A stretch of DNA of 27,620 nt, from positions 1 to 27,620 of IMG/VR virus record IMGVR_UViG_3300032277_000065, one strand, 5' to 3'. This document shows positions 15,946-23,779 of the stretch, piece after piece. The notes beneath the pieces were generated by a model that saw nothing but the letters and a program-made list of their open reading frames with translations, had not been told where the DNA came from and searched no databases. Source of the DNA: a virus. Its lineage: Duplodnaviria > Caudoviricetes. The first letter of the stretch is position 1. Every line of letters begins with the position of its first letter. A program made the position numbers and the translations under genes.

Positions 15946-16564
15946 CGAGTGCAATATGAAACTAATGGCTAGGTATGAGGACAATTATTTCGACCTAGCA
16001 ATAGTAGACCCACCTTATGGTATTGGTGCTGGTGGGAAATCTTTTAAAAATGGAACAAGCAAAAACAAAACAATAGGATATAAAAATAAAGATTGGGATA
16101 ATAAAATACCAAATAAAATTTATTTTACCGAATTATTTAGGGTAAGTAAAAACCAAATTATTTGGGGTGCTAATTATATGACAATACATTTACCTCCAAG
16201 CATGGGGTGGATATTTTGGGATAAAGGAACAGGGGACAATAGTTATGCAGACGGAGAAATAGCTTTTAGTTCTTTTAATAGAGCCTTAAAATTATATAAA
16301 GTTTCTTGGGTAGGGGCAAATGCTAACAATGGCACACCAAGAATACATCCCACAGAAAAACCAATTAGATTATATGAATGGCTGTTAATGAACTATGCTA
16401 AAGAGGGCGACAAAATACTAGACACGCACCTAGGTAGCGGTAGTATAGCTATAGCTTGCCATAACTTAGGGTACGACCTTACGGCTTGCGAATTAGATAA
16501 AGAGTACTACGACAAAGCTATAGAGCGTATAGAACAACATAAAGCGCAGTTACGTATATTTTAA
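15932..16564 (+). CDS. Amino (N6-A/N4-C) DNA methyltransferase, beta class, orphan
   Basis: DPPY catalytic motif first, then HPTEKP, then LDTHLGSGS SAM-binding motif. Confidence 0.92.
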   Translation: MEITNECNMKLMARYEDNYFDLAIVDPPYGIGAGGKSFKNGTSKNKTIGYKNKDWDNKIPNKIYFTELFRVSKNQIIWGANYMTIHLPPSMGWIFWDKGTGDNSYADGEIAFSSFNRALKLYKVSWVGANANNGTPRIHPTEKPIRLYEWLLMNYAKEGDKILDTHLGSGSIAIACHNLGYDLTACELDKEYYDKAIERIEQHKAQLRIF

Positions 16565-16568
16565 TATT

Positions 16569-16600
16569 AAACCCTTACTTTAAACGGTAGGGGTTTTTTT
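16569..16600 (+). terminator. Rho-independent terminator
   Basis: AAACCCTTAC-loop-GTAGGGGTTT followed by a T-run. Confidence 0.8.
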
Positions 16601-16662
16601 ATGCTCTAAAAATTAGGCGTTTAGCTATTGTAAGGGTATAATTTTTGTAGTATTTTACCGCT

Positions 16663-17037
16663 ATGAAAATTAAGAGCCGTAAAGCTGACGAGTATACACT
16701 ACAAAAAAACGTTTGTATATACTTAGACTTGCAGTATAAAAACGTATTCTATAACGGAAGCGCGGGCGGTCAATATCAAAAGTACGTAAGCCAAAGAGTA
16801 AAAAATAAGGCTTGCGGTTACAAGTCGGGTTTTCCCGACCTTTTTATATATGAGCCTCGTACTATTGACGGGGTACTATATAACGGTCTAGCTCTGGAGC
16901 TGAAAGTAAAAGGCAACTACCCAAGCACAAACCAAAAAAAAGTACTAGAGATACTAAACGCAAAAGGATATAAGGCGGTAGTATGTACGGGGCTAGAGCA
17001 AACACTAGAAACAATAGACAACTATTTAAAACGCTAA
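16663..17037 (+). CDS. VRR-NUC domain PD-(D/E)xK nuclease (resolvase-like)
   Basis: E...Q, G...GFPDL, LELK, S.NQK and GY...VC motifs. Confidence 0.85.
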   Translation: MKIKSRKADEYTLQKNVCIYLDLQYKNVFYNGSAGGQYQKYVSQRVKNKACGYKSGFPDLFIYEPRTIDGVLYNGLALELKVKGNYPSTNQKKVLEILNAKGYKAVVCTGLEQTLETIDNYLKR

Positions 17038-17040
17038 TAT

Positions 17041-17199
17041 ATGCCTATACCTAAACCAAAAGCTAACGAGAGTAATAAAGAATTTATAGAACGGTGCATG
17101 ATTGACGAGGTAATGACTAGCGAATATAAGAACGAAAAACAAAGGCTAGCTATATGTAGTAGCCGTTTAAAACTAAAACCATTAAAAGGCAAACGATAA
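17041..17199 (+). CDS. Small phage protein (52 aa)
   Basis: MPIPKPKANESNKEFIERCMIDEVMTSEYKNEKQRLAICSSRLKLKPLKGKR; absent from the ORF track. Confidence 0.7.
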   Translation: MPIPKPKANESNKEFIERCMIDEVMTSEYKNEKQRLAICSSRLKLKPLKGKR

Positions 17200-17720
17200 T
17201 AGAGGCACTATACGAGCATTTTAAAGAGCTCGTACACTTTGCTACGCCACTAACAAGAGATAAGGGGCTAGCCGAGGACGTAGTACAAGACGTATACCTA
17301 CAACTATTAACTAGTGATACTAACCGCTTACTATGGATATATGCAGAGGGGGGCGGTCTAAATTATCTAAAGAAAATAATAGCCGTTAGAGTGCTTAGTA
17401 AAAAGTCTCAATTTTACCGAAAGAGAATACTATACAATAAAAACAAGGTAAAAACAGATATAAGCGATTTAGAGCACTTTTTAAATGTAAAGGTAATAGA
17501 TACACCCCAAGACTATAAAGAGCGTTTAAAACAAACCTTAGACACCACCCTAGAGACGTTTAACTATTACGAGCGTAACCTATTTTTATTATACTATGAG
17601 AGTAACCTAACGTATAACGAATTAGCAGAAGAGACGGGCATACCTAAAATATCAATATTCAATACAGTAAGAAAAGTAAAGAAACAACTAAAAGACAAAG
17701 TAAATGTTTGCACCGACTGA
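17181..17720 (+). CDS. ECF-type RNA polymerase sigma factor; start non-canonical (ATT 17181 proposed)
   Basis: Frame open from 17163; region 2 motif LAEDVVQDVYLQL lies upstream of the track's GTG 17391 start; region 4 motif ERNLFLLYY...TYNELAEETGIP. Confidence 0.8.
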   Translation: MKRQTIIEALYEHFKELVHFATPLTRDKGLAEDVVQDVYLQLLTSDTNRLLWIYAEGGGLNYLKKIIAVRVLSKKSQFYRKRILYNKNKVKTDISDLEHFLNVKVIDTPQDYKERLKQTLDTTLETFNYYERNLFLLYYESNLTYNELAEETGIPKISIFNTVRKVKKQLKDKVNVCTD

Positions 17721-18117
17721 CGTACAAAACCAGAGGCTAACAACTTGCCGTAAGTGTAAGTTTTTTAAAAAGAAAAGTAATACTTGTGGTACTCCAATAG
17801 TAGGCGATACGGTAAAGTATAGAAAAAAAGAGTATAAACTTTGCGGGTGCTTTATGAATATAAAGACTAGGCTAAAGTTTGCACAATGCCCACTAGGTAA
17901 ATGGAACGAAGAGGCAAACATAACAGAGGCAGAATACAAAGAACTAAAAGAGTTATTAAGCTATACAGTAGATAAAGTAACAAGAGAGCAAAACAGACAA
18001 ATAGCTATACTACATAGAAAGTATTTAAGTAGTAACGCTAGCCCGTCTAGTTGTGCCCCTTGTGTTGTAAAATTAATTAACGACCTACATAAAGTTGTAG
18101 AGCAATACGAAGACTAA
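17704..18117 (+). CDS. Cys-rich putative zinc-binding protein
   Basis: RL..CRKC, TCG, LCGC, QCPLGKW and SCAPC. Confidence 0.75.
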   Translation: MFAPTDVQNQRLTTCRKCKFFKKKSNTCGTPIVGDTVKYRKKEYKLCGCFMNIKTRLKFAQCPLGKWNEEANITEAEYKELKELLSYTVDKVTREQNRQIAILHRKYLSSNASPSSCAPCVVKLINDLHKVVEQYED

Positions 18118-18155
18118 CACGTCAAAGAGACACAATTTGACACAAACCTAAAGCT

Positions 18156-18233
18156 ATGATTTATATATTTATTTTAGTACCGCTTACTATTGCAGTCTAT
18201 ATATACACCTACAAACTATTAAACAAAGATTAA
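18156..18233 (+). CDS. 25-aa single-transmembrane peptide
   Basis: MIYIFILVPLTIAVYIYTYKLLNKD; ends 3 nt before terS; same AAGCT-ATG context as terS. Confidence 0.45.
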   Translation: MIYIFILVPLTIAVYIYTYKLLNKD

Positions 18234-18236
18234 GCT

Positions 18237-18515
18237 ATGAGTTTTAAAGTAGGTAATAAGTTAGCGGGTAGTCGTAAGGGTAAACCTAATAAAGCTACTA
18301 AAGAAATACGAGAGGCTTTTAAATTATTGATAGAGGACAATTTACCAAATATGAAAGTTTGGCTATCTGACGTAGCAGAGGAAGACCCCGAGAGAGCTCT
18401 AAACATCTTATTAAAAATGAGCGAGTTTATAGTACCTAAACTACAACGCCAAGAGATAGAGCATGAAATAAGAGATAAGCAAGTTGTAATAAACGTAACT
18501 AGTACCGAGGACTAA
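18237..18515 (+). CDS. terS: Terminase small subunit
   Basis: F..GN...GSRKGKPNKAT N-terminus; immediately upstream of terL. Confidence 0.7.
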   Translation: MSFKVGNKLAGSRKGKPNKATKEIREAFKLLIEDNLPNMKVWLSDVAEEDPERALNILLKMSEFIVPKLQRQEIEHEIRDKQVVINVTSTED

Positions 18516-18519
18516 ACAA

Positions 18520-19842
18520 GTGGAAACCCAAGCCGTAAATATTAAGCTATTCCCTAAACAGTTAAGAGCTCTAAAAGTATTAGAGGACAGTACGACGACC
18601 GAGTTACTTTATGGCGGTGGGGCGGGCTCTGGTAAAAGCGCTCTAGGATGCTTATGGCAAATATTCAGACGGCTACAATATGCGGGTACTAGGTCGGTTA
18701 TAGGTAGGTCGGTTTTAAAGAACTTAAAAGCCACTACCTTAAATACGTTCTTTGAGATGAGCGAGCTAGTAGGGTTAGAGCCTAACGTAGACTTTAGGTA
18801 TAACGGTCAAGACAGTACTATAACATTTACTAACGGCTCTATAATATATTTAAAGGACTTATTTAAACAACCAAGCGACCCCGAATTTACAAGCCTAGGG
18901 GGGTTAGAAATTACCGACGCTTTTATAGATGAGAGCGCAGAGGTAACCGAAAAGGCAGTAGATATACTAAAGAGTAGAATACGTTATAAGCTAACCGAAA
19001 ATAATCTAATACCTAAGATACTACTAACGTGTAACCCGTCTAAAGGGTGGCTATATACAAAGTACTACCGCCCCGACGTAGAGGGTAAGCTACCCGACTA
19101 TAGGAAGTTTATAAAAGCGTTAGCAACGGATAACAAATATTTAAGCCCGCATTATATAAGCCAACTAGAAAAGCTAGACCCTCTAACAAAGTCTAGGCTA
19201 TTGTATGGTAATTGGGAATACGCAGACGACGACGCCCTACTATTTAATTATAACGCCCTAGGGGACTTATTTACTAATACCTTTATAGAGGGGGGTAGTA
19301 AGTTTATAAGCGTAGACGTTGCCCGTTTAGGTAGCGATAAAAGTATAATTTGTGTATGGAATGGCAAACGCCTAGAGCATATAGTAAAAATAGATAAGAA
19401 CACTATAACACAATTAGCCCAAAAGGTTAAAGATATGGCTAACGAGCATAGCGTACCTATGAGCAAAATAGTAATAGACGCGGATGGCGTAGGGGGTGGC
19501 GTGGTAGATATGTTAAGCGGGTGCGTATCATTTGTAAACGGGTCGAAAGCCTTAAAGGGTCAGAACTACCAAAACCTTAAAACACAATGCTACTTTAAAT
19601 TTAGCGAGGACGTAAATAACGGTAGGGTATACATAACTAACACTAAATACCGTAAAGAGATAATAGAAGAGCTAGAGGTAGTTAAACGCGACAAGGTAGA
19701 CAAGGACACCCAAAAGCTAGCTATAGAGAGTAAAGATATAGTAAAGAGTAAGTTAGGACGTAGCCCCGACTTTGCAGACGCTATAATAATGCGGTGGTGG
19801 TATGAGGCTAAAGGTAACTACGGCGACTATGCTATAATTTAA
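18520..19842 (+). CDS. terL: Terminase large subunit
   Basis: Walker A GGAGSGKS, Walker B FIDES, TCNP coupling motif, nuclease motifs VDVARLGSD and SPDFADA. Confidence 0.95.
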   Translation: METQAVNIKLFPKQLRALKVLEDSTTTELLYGGGAGSGKSALGCLWQIFRRLQYAGTRSVIGRSVLKNLKATTLNTFFEMSELVGLEPNVDFRYNGQDSTITFTNGSIIYLKDLFKQPSDPEFTSLGGLEITDAFIDESAEVTEKAVDILKSRIRYKLTENNLIPKILLTCNPSKGWLYTKYYRPDVEGKLPDYRKFIKALATDNKYLSPHYISQLEKLDPLTKSRLLYGNWEYADDDALLFNYNALGDLFTNTFIEGGSKFISVDVARLGSDKSIICVWNGKRLEHIVKIDKNTITQLAQKVKDMANEHSVPMSKIVIDADGVGGGVVDMLSGCVSFVNGSKALKGQNYQNLKTQCYFKFSEDVNNGRVYITNTKYRKEIIEELEVVKRDKVDKDTQKLAIESKDIVKSKLGRSPDFADAIIMRWWYEAKGNYGDYAII

Positions 19843-19871
19843 TAACTTTTAACTAAAATAACCTTTGTATA
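19843..19871 (+). promoter_or_regulatory. Putative late promoter, TAACTTTT-N12-CTTTGTATA
   Basis: Second copy of the motif at 3164-3191; fills the gap between terL and the tail genes. Confidence 0.55.
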
Positions 19872-19877
19872 TATAGA

Positions 19878-20489
19878 ATGAAAAAAGAAGTAATACTAAA
19901 CGTTCCCCAAAATTGGGGCGAGGTAACACTAGGTAACTACCAAAAGTACGTAGAGACTAGCGAGAGTAAAGACCCTACCGACGTAATTTATAATACTATA
20001 AGTAGCTTTTGTAACGTACCTACGGAAGTAGTAAAGCGTTTTAAACTAAAGGACTTAAAAACAGTATATAACAGTTTAAACAAACTAATAAAGGTAGAGC
20101 TTAACAAAGCCCTAATAAATAAAATACAGTTAGACGGTGTAACCTATGGTATGCACCCTAATTTGGATAGTATGACTTTTGGCGAGTATGTAGACGTTGA
20201 AGAGTTTACCAAAGAAAATATAGGAGGTTTTCATAAAGTACTAGCAGTATTATACAGACCGATAACGGAAGAGGAAAACGGTAAATATAATATAGAGCCG
20301 TACGAGGCAAGACACCAAGACAACGCCGAGAAATTTAAGGCGGTTAATATGGACGTAGTAAACGGGCTTACGGTTTTTTTTTACAATTTAGGGAGCAAGT
20401 GCTTGCTAACTTTTCAAGCCTCTATAGTGGAAGTACCGACCCCGACGGGTCAGACGTCGCCAGAGCCTACGGGTGGTTTGGTATCATAG
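19878..20489 (+). CDS. Tail assembly chaperone (gpG-like)
   Basis: P..W.EVTLG.Y and MTFGEYVD motifs; T9 slippery run near the 3' end. Confidence 0.65.
   Translation: MKKEVILNVPQNWGEVTLGNYQKYVETSESKDPTDVIYNTISSFCNVPTEVVKRFKLKDLKTVYNSLNKLIKVELNKALINKIQLDGVTYGMHPNLDSMTFGEYVDVEEFTKENIGGFHKVLAVLYRPITEEENGKYNIEPYEARHQDNAEKFKAVNMDVVNGLTVFFYNLGSKCLLTFQASIVEVPTPTGQTSPEPTGGLVS
20374..20382 (+). other. Programmed -1 frameshift site
   Basis: GTT TTT TTT TAC; the -1 frame is open to 20650. Confidence 0.75.
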
Positions 20490-20650
20490 ATAGTTTAGCT
20501 AATAACGACGTAAGCAAATACGACGATATAACAAAGCTACCGTTTAAACAATGCCTACTAAAGCTATGTTACGATATAGATAAAAACAGAGAACTAAAAC
20601 GCAAGCGTAAAAAAAATGATAACGTACAACGGAATAATAGAGTATTTTAA
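20381..20650 (+). CDS. -1 frame extension of the tail chaperone (gpT-like)
   Basis: LQFREQVLANF...YGWFGIIDSLA...; no convincing start of its own. Confidence 0.7.
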   Translation, partial: LQFREQVLANFSSLYSGSTDPDGSDVARAYGWFGIIDSLANNDVSKYDDITKLPFKQCLLKLCYDIDKNRELKRKRKKNDNVQRNNRVF

Positions 20651-21827
20651 AGAGGTCGCTAATAAGCACACCCAAATAAATAGCTTTAGCTTTGGCGATA
20701 TAGACGACGCCGACCTAGAGAAAATAGAAGAGTACCCACTATTGCACGTTGGCGTTACGGGTGCAAATATAGACGAGCGAGTAATAAGCTACGATATTAA
20801 TATAATGTTAATAGAAATAGTAGACGATAAAGACAAGCGCAAGGATAACGAAAAATACGCCCTATCTAATACGCTCCAAATATTACAAGACTTACAAACT
20901 GAATTTTTAAAAGGTAGTAGCATAGTAACCCCAGACACTAAGCTAACGGGTAATGCTCTAAGTTGTACCCCTATAACGGGTAACTATAACAACCGAGTAG
21001 TAGGGTGGTCTACTGTAATGACTATAGAGGGCGCAAATGAAAGCGAGCCTTGTAATATTCCTTATATGCCTTTACTTAGTTGGGACTATGAAACACCAAC
21101 CCCGCCTATAGATAAATTAGTAACGAGCGGTTATACTTGGTATAGTGCTACAGAAAAACAAGAGGGCAATATAGACTACGCTACTAATGAGTACGTAAGA
21201 GAATGGAAGCCAATAGTAGACGGTAAAAGCATAGGTACATTATTTGGCAGTACAACAACCGACGGAAGTATAGAGTATCAATTTAAAAATAAGGCTATTA
21301 ATATTAAAGGTATAGACCCCGTAGTATTTACGGGTGGTCAAAGTACGATAGGTTTAAACGATATATATTTTATTAAAATAAACCAAATAACGGGAGGCAC
21401 AAATAAAATTTTCTCTATAGTTTCAGCTACGGGCTACGCTGACTTAGTTATAACAAACGGAGTTATAGGGTTAAAAAATGAAAACGGTTATTTAGTGCCT
21501 TTGTCCCCTAGTGGCGATATAACGGGACTACAAGCGGGCAACCCAAAACTAGACGACCAAGACGCTATAATAAGAGATACGCCGTATACTTTTGGTATTA
21601 AAATACAAGACAGTAATAAAATACGTTTATACTACGGTGGTACTCAATACGCTGAACTAACTACAGTAGGCAATATTACGGGGGTAGGCACTTTTTATAT
21701 AGGTAATAAGCTAGACGCTTCAGTCCTAGTAAAAACAAATTTTAACGTACAAGAGGTTATATATACTAACGGTACTATGAGCGACACAATAATAGAAAAT
21801 ACTATAGAATGGCTAAACGCAAAATAG
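20616..21827 (+). CDS. Tail terminator-like protein with a C-terminal LamG/ConA-like domain
   Basis: H.QI..F.FG...YPLL...VVGW N-terminal ~145 aa, Pro-rich linker, beta-rich C-terminus. Confidence 0.55.
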   Translation: MITYNGIIEYFKEVANKHTQINSFSFGDIDDADLEKIEEYPLLHVGVTGANIDERVISYDINIMLIEIVDDKDKRKDNEKYALSNTLQILQDLQTEFLKGSSIVTPDTKLTGNALSCTPITGNYNNRVVGWSTVMTIEGANESEPCNIPYMPLLSWDYETPTPPIDKLVTSGYTWYSATEKQEGNIDYATNEYVREWKPIVDGKSIGTLFGSTTTDGSIEYQFKNKAINIKGIDPVVFTGGQSTIGLNDIYFIKINQITGGTNKIFSIVSATGYADLVITNGVIGLKNENGYLVPLSPSGDITGLQAGNPKLDDQDAIIRDTPYTFGIKIQDSNKIRLYYGGTQYAELTTVGNITGVGTFYIGNKLDASVLVKTNFNVQEVIYTNGTMSDTIIENTIEWLNAK

Positions 21828-22387
21828 GGGTAATAGATAATAACACTATTAACGCTATGGACTTATACGCTCAAGAGGTAGTAAAAAGAGCAAAGCGTAA
21901 CCTTAAAATAAAAAAGAAAATAGAGGGCAAAGCTAGAATAACCGATAATACGGGAGCTCTAGCCAAAGGTCTTAGCTATAAATTGGTTAAAGGACAAAAT
22001 ACTCTAAATATGCGTTTTACAAGTAACCAACCTTACGCCGACTTTATAGAGCAAGGTGTAAAAGGTAGTACCTCTACTTATGCGTCAGCTAAAAAAAGCC
22101 CTTTTAAATTTAAGAGCCAAAACCTAGCTAGCGGGGTAGTAGAAGAGTGGATAAATACCAAGCCTATAAAACTAAGAGACCTAAAGACTAACCAATTTAT
22201 AAGCCCTACAGAACAAGCAAAAAAACAAGCCTCTTTTTTAATAGGGCGAAGTATAGCTAATAAGGGTATAGCGCCTAGGCACTTTTTTAAAGACGCTATA
22301 GAAGAAACAAAAAAGCGCTTTGTAATGGACTTAGCGCAAGGCATGATAAAAGACACGTTTAAAACTTTTAAAGATATAGTAGAGTAA
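21809..22387 (+). CDS. Neck / tail-completion protein (HK97 gp10-like)
   Basis: TGAL...L, YADFIEQG and GIAPRHFF motifs; basic. Confidence 0.6.
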   Translation: MAKRKIGVIDNNTINAMDLYAQEVVKRAKRNLKIKKKIEGKARITDNTGALAKGLSYKLVKGQNTLNMRFTSNQPYADFIEQGVKGSTSTYASAKKSPFKFKSQNLASGVVEEWINTKPIKLRDLKTNQFISPTEQAKKQASFLIGRSIANKGIAPRHFFKDAIEETKKRFVMDLAQGMIKDTFKTFKDIVE

Positions 22388-23778
22388 TGGCAATAACTAA
22401 CGCAAACTTTAATAATATAGACTACGTAAAAGCCTCGGGTAAAAGGTTAATAACTTGTAGTAGTGATAAGATAGGAACGACTAACGTATTTAATTATAGG
22501 TTTTTACTAGAATTACAAATAAGCGGTAAAACCTACTCTTATACTTTTAGACCTAATAACGAAAATTACGGCTTTATAAATATTACTAAAATATTGCAAG
22601 CGCATATAAAAGACGCGGGCGACGTGCAACAAACTTTAACTGTACCCGAGGGCTCTAGTGATACAGTAGTACAGTTTAAACAAAATATTCATACTATACC
22701 CCATAGCGGTCAGTTTGGTCTAATTAGTAATGCTACAAACTTAGACACTTTTATGATAGTTTGTACTTTATTTGACTTTTACGGCGACACTATAGACGCA
22801 GTACCCACTAAAAGAACGGCGGGTTCTTCTACGGGTAATTTACACGTAATAAGCGGTTACGATAGAGAGAGCGATTTAATAAATGAAAATTATAATAGCT
22901 ATAAATTAACAAGCGTTACTAGTAGGTTTTTAAATAATAATTACGAGTTTAGCGGTAGTAATTATAAAGTAAGGTGTACTATGAGCGATTGGGGTACATT
23001 AAGCGCTTTTAGACCGTCAGCAGTTAACACATCTCAAAGCGCTCAATATATAAATATTACTTACGTAGATACTAGCGGGGGCACGTCTAACGCCTCAATA
23101 TCTGTAAACATTACCCCACAAGTACAAACGGGGCTTATTACAACTTTTCCCGCGTACCCTCAAAACCTTAATAAACTACAGTTTATTACCCGCCCTATAG
23201 ACGTACCTAACTTATCTCACTACTTTATAGTAGCTAGTACTACTACGCCAATAGGGAGCAACGCGTCGGCTTACTACCAATTTATAATAGAGGACGATTG
23301 CGAAAAGTACGACCGCCAGAGGTTTGCGTTTATTAATAATTTCGGGGTATGGGAATATATTACCTTTACCGAGCTACGTACAGATAATATAAGTAGTAGA
23401 CCTACAAATATAAAAGGCTCTGTATTTAATTATGACGGCAACTATGAGGACAAATTTACGGCAAACGGTAACGAATACAGAGAGGCGGGCTACGTGCCAA
23501 ACGTGGCACACCGAAGCGAAAAAACAGTAGCTACAAACTTTAACGAAACCTTTACAGTAAATACGGGCTTTCTAAGTAAAAGCGATACCGAAAAGGTTAA
23601 AGATATGTTTTTAAGCCATAAGATTAGTTATATAAATACTGACGGGTCAGCGCGTGGGGTTATATTAGAAACCTCTACGATAAACGCTATAAACAATATT
23701 AACAAACACTACGAGCAAGTAAGCTATAGTTTTAGCTTTAGATATAGCGTACCAACTTACAACAATATAATTTTTTAA
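22387..23778 (+). CDS. Tail structural protein (distal-tail-like)
   Basis: 463 aa, beta-rich; FINNFGVWEY.TF and VNTGF motifs; precedes the tail-tip gene. Confidence 0.6.
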   Translation: MAITNANFNNIDYVKASGKRLITCSSDKIGTTNVFNYRFLLELQISGKTYSYTFRPNNENYGFINITKILQAHIKDAGDVQQTLTVPEGSSDTVVQFKQNIHTIPHSGQFGLISNATNLDTFMIVCTLFDFYGDTIDAVPTKRTAGSSTGNLHVISGYDRESDLINENYNSYKLTSVTSRFLNNNYEFSGSNYKVRCTMSDWGTLSAFRPSAVNTSQSAQYINITYVDTSGGTSNASISVNITPQVQTGLITTFPAYPQNLNKLQFITRPIDVPNLSHYFIVASTTTPIGSNASAYYQFIIEDDCEKYDRQRFAFINNFGVWEYITFTELRTDNISSRPTNIKGSVFNYDGNYEDKFTANGNEYREAGYVPNVAHRSEKTVATNFNETFTVNTGFLSKSDTEKVKDMFLSHKISYINTDGSARGVILETSTINAINNINKHYEQVSYSFSFRYSVPTYNNIIF

Positions 23779-23779
23779 T

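Noticed and set aside
16685-16691. Additional CTGACGA words (also near 14111 and 25494) as further hammerheads
   Set aside because: They lie in coding sequence and lack stem II, GAAA and stem III.
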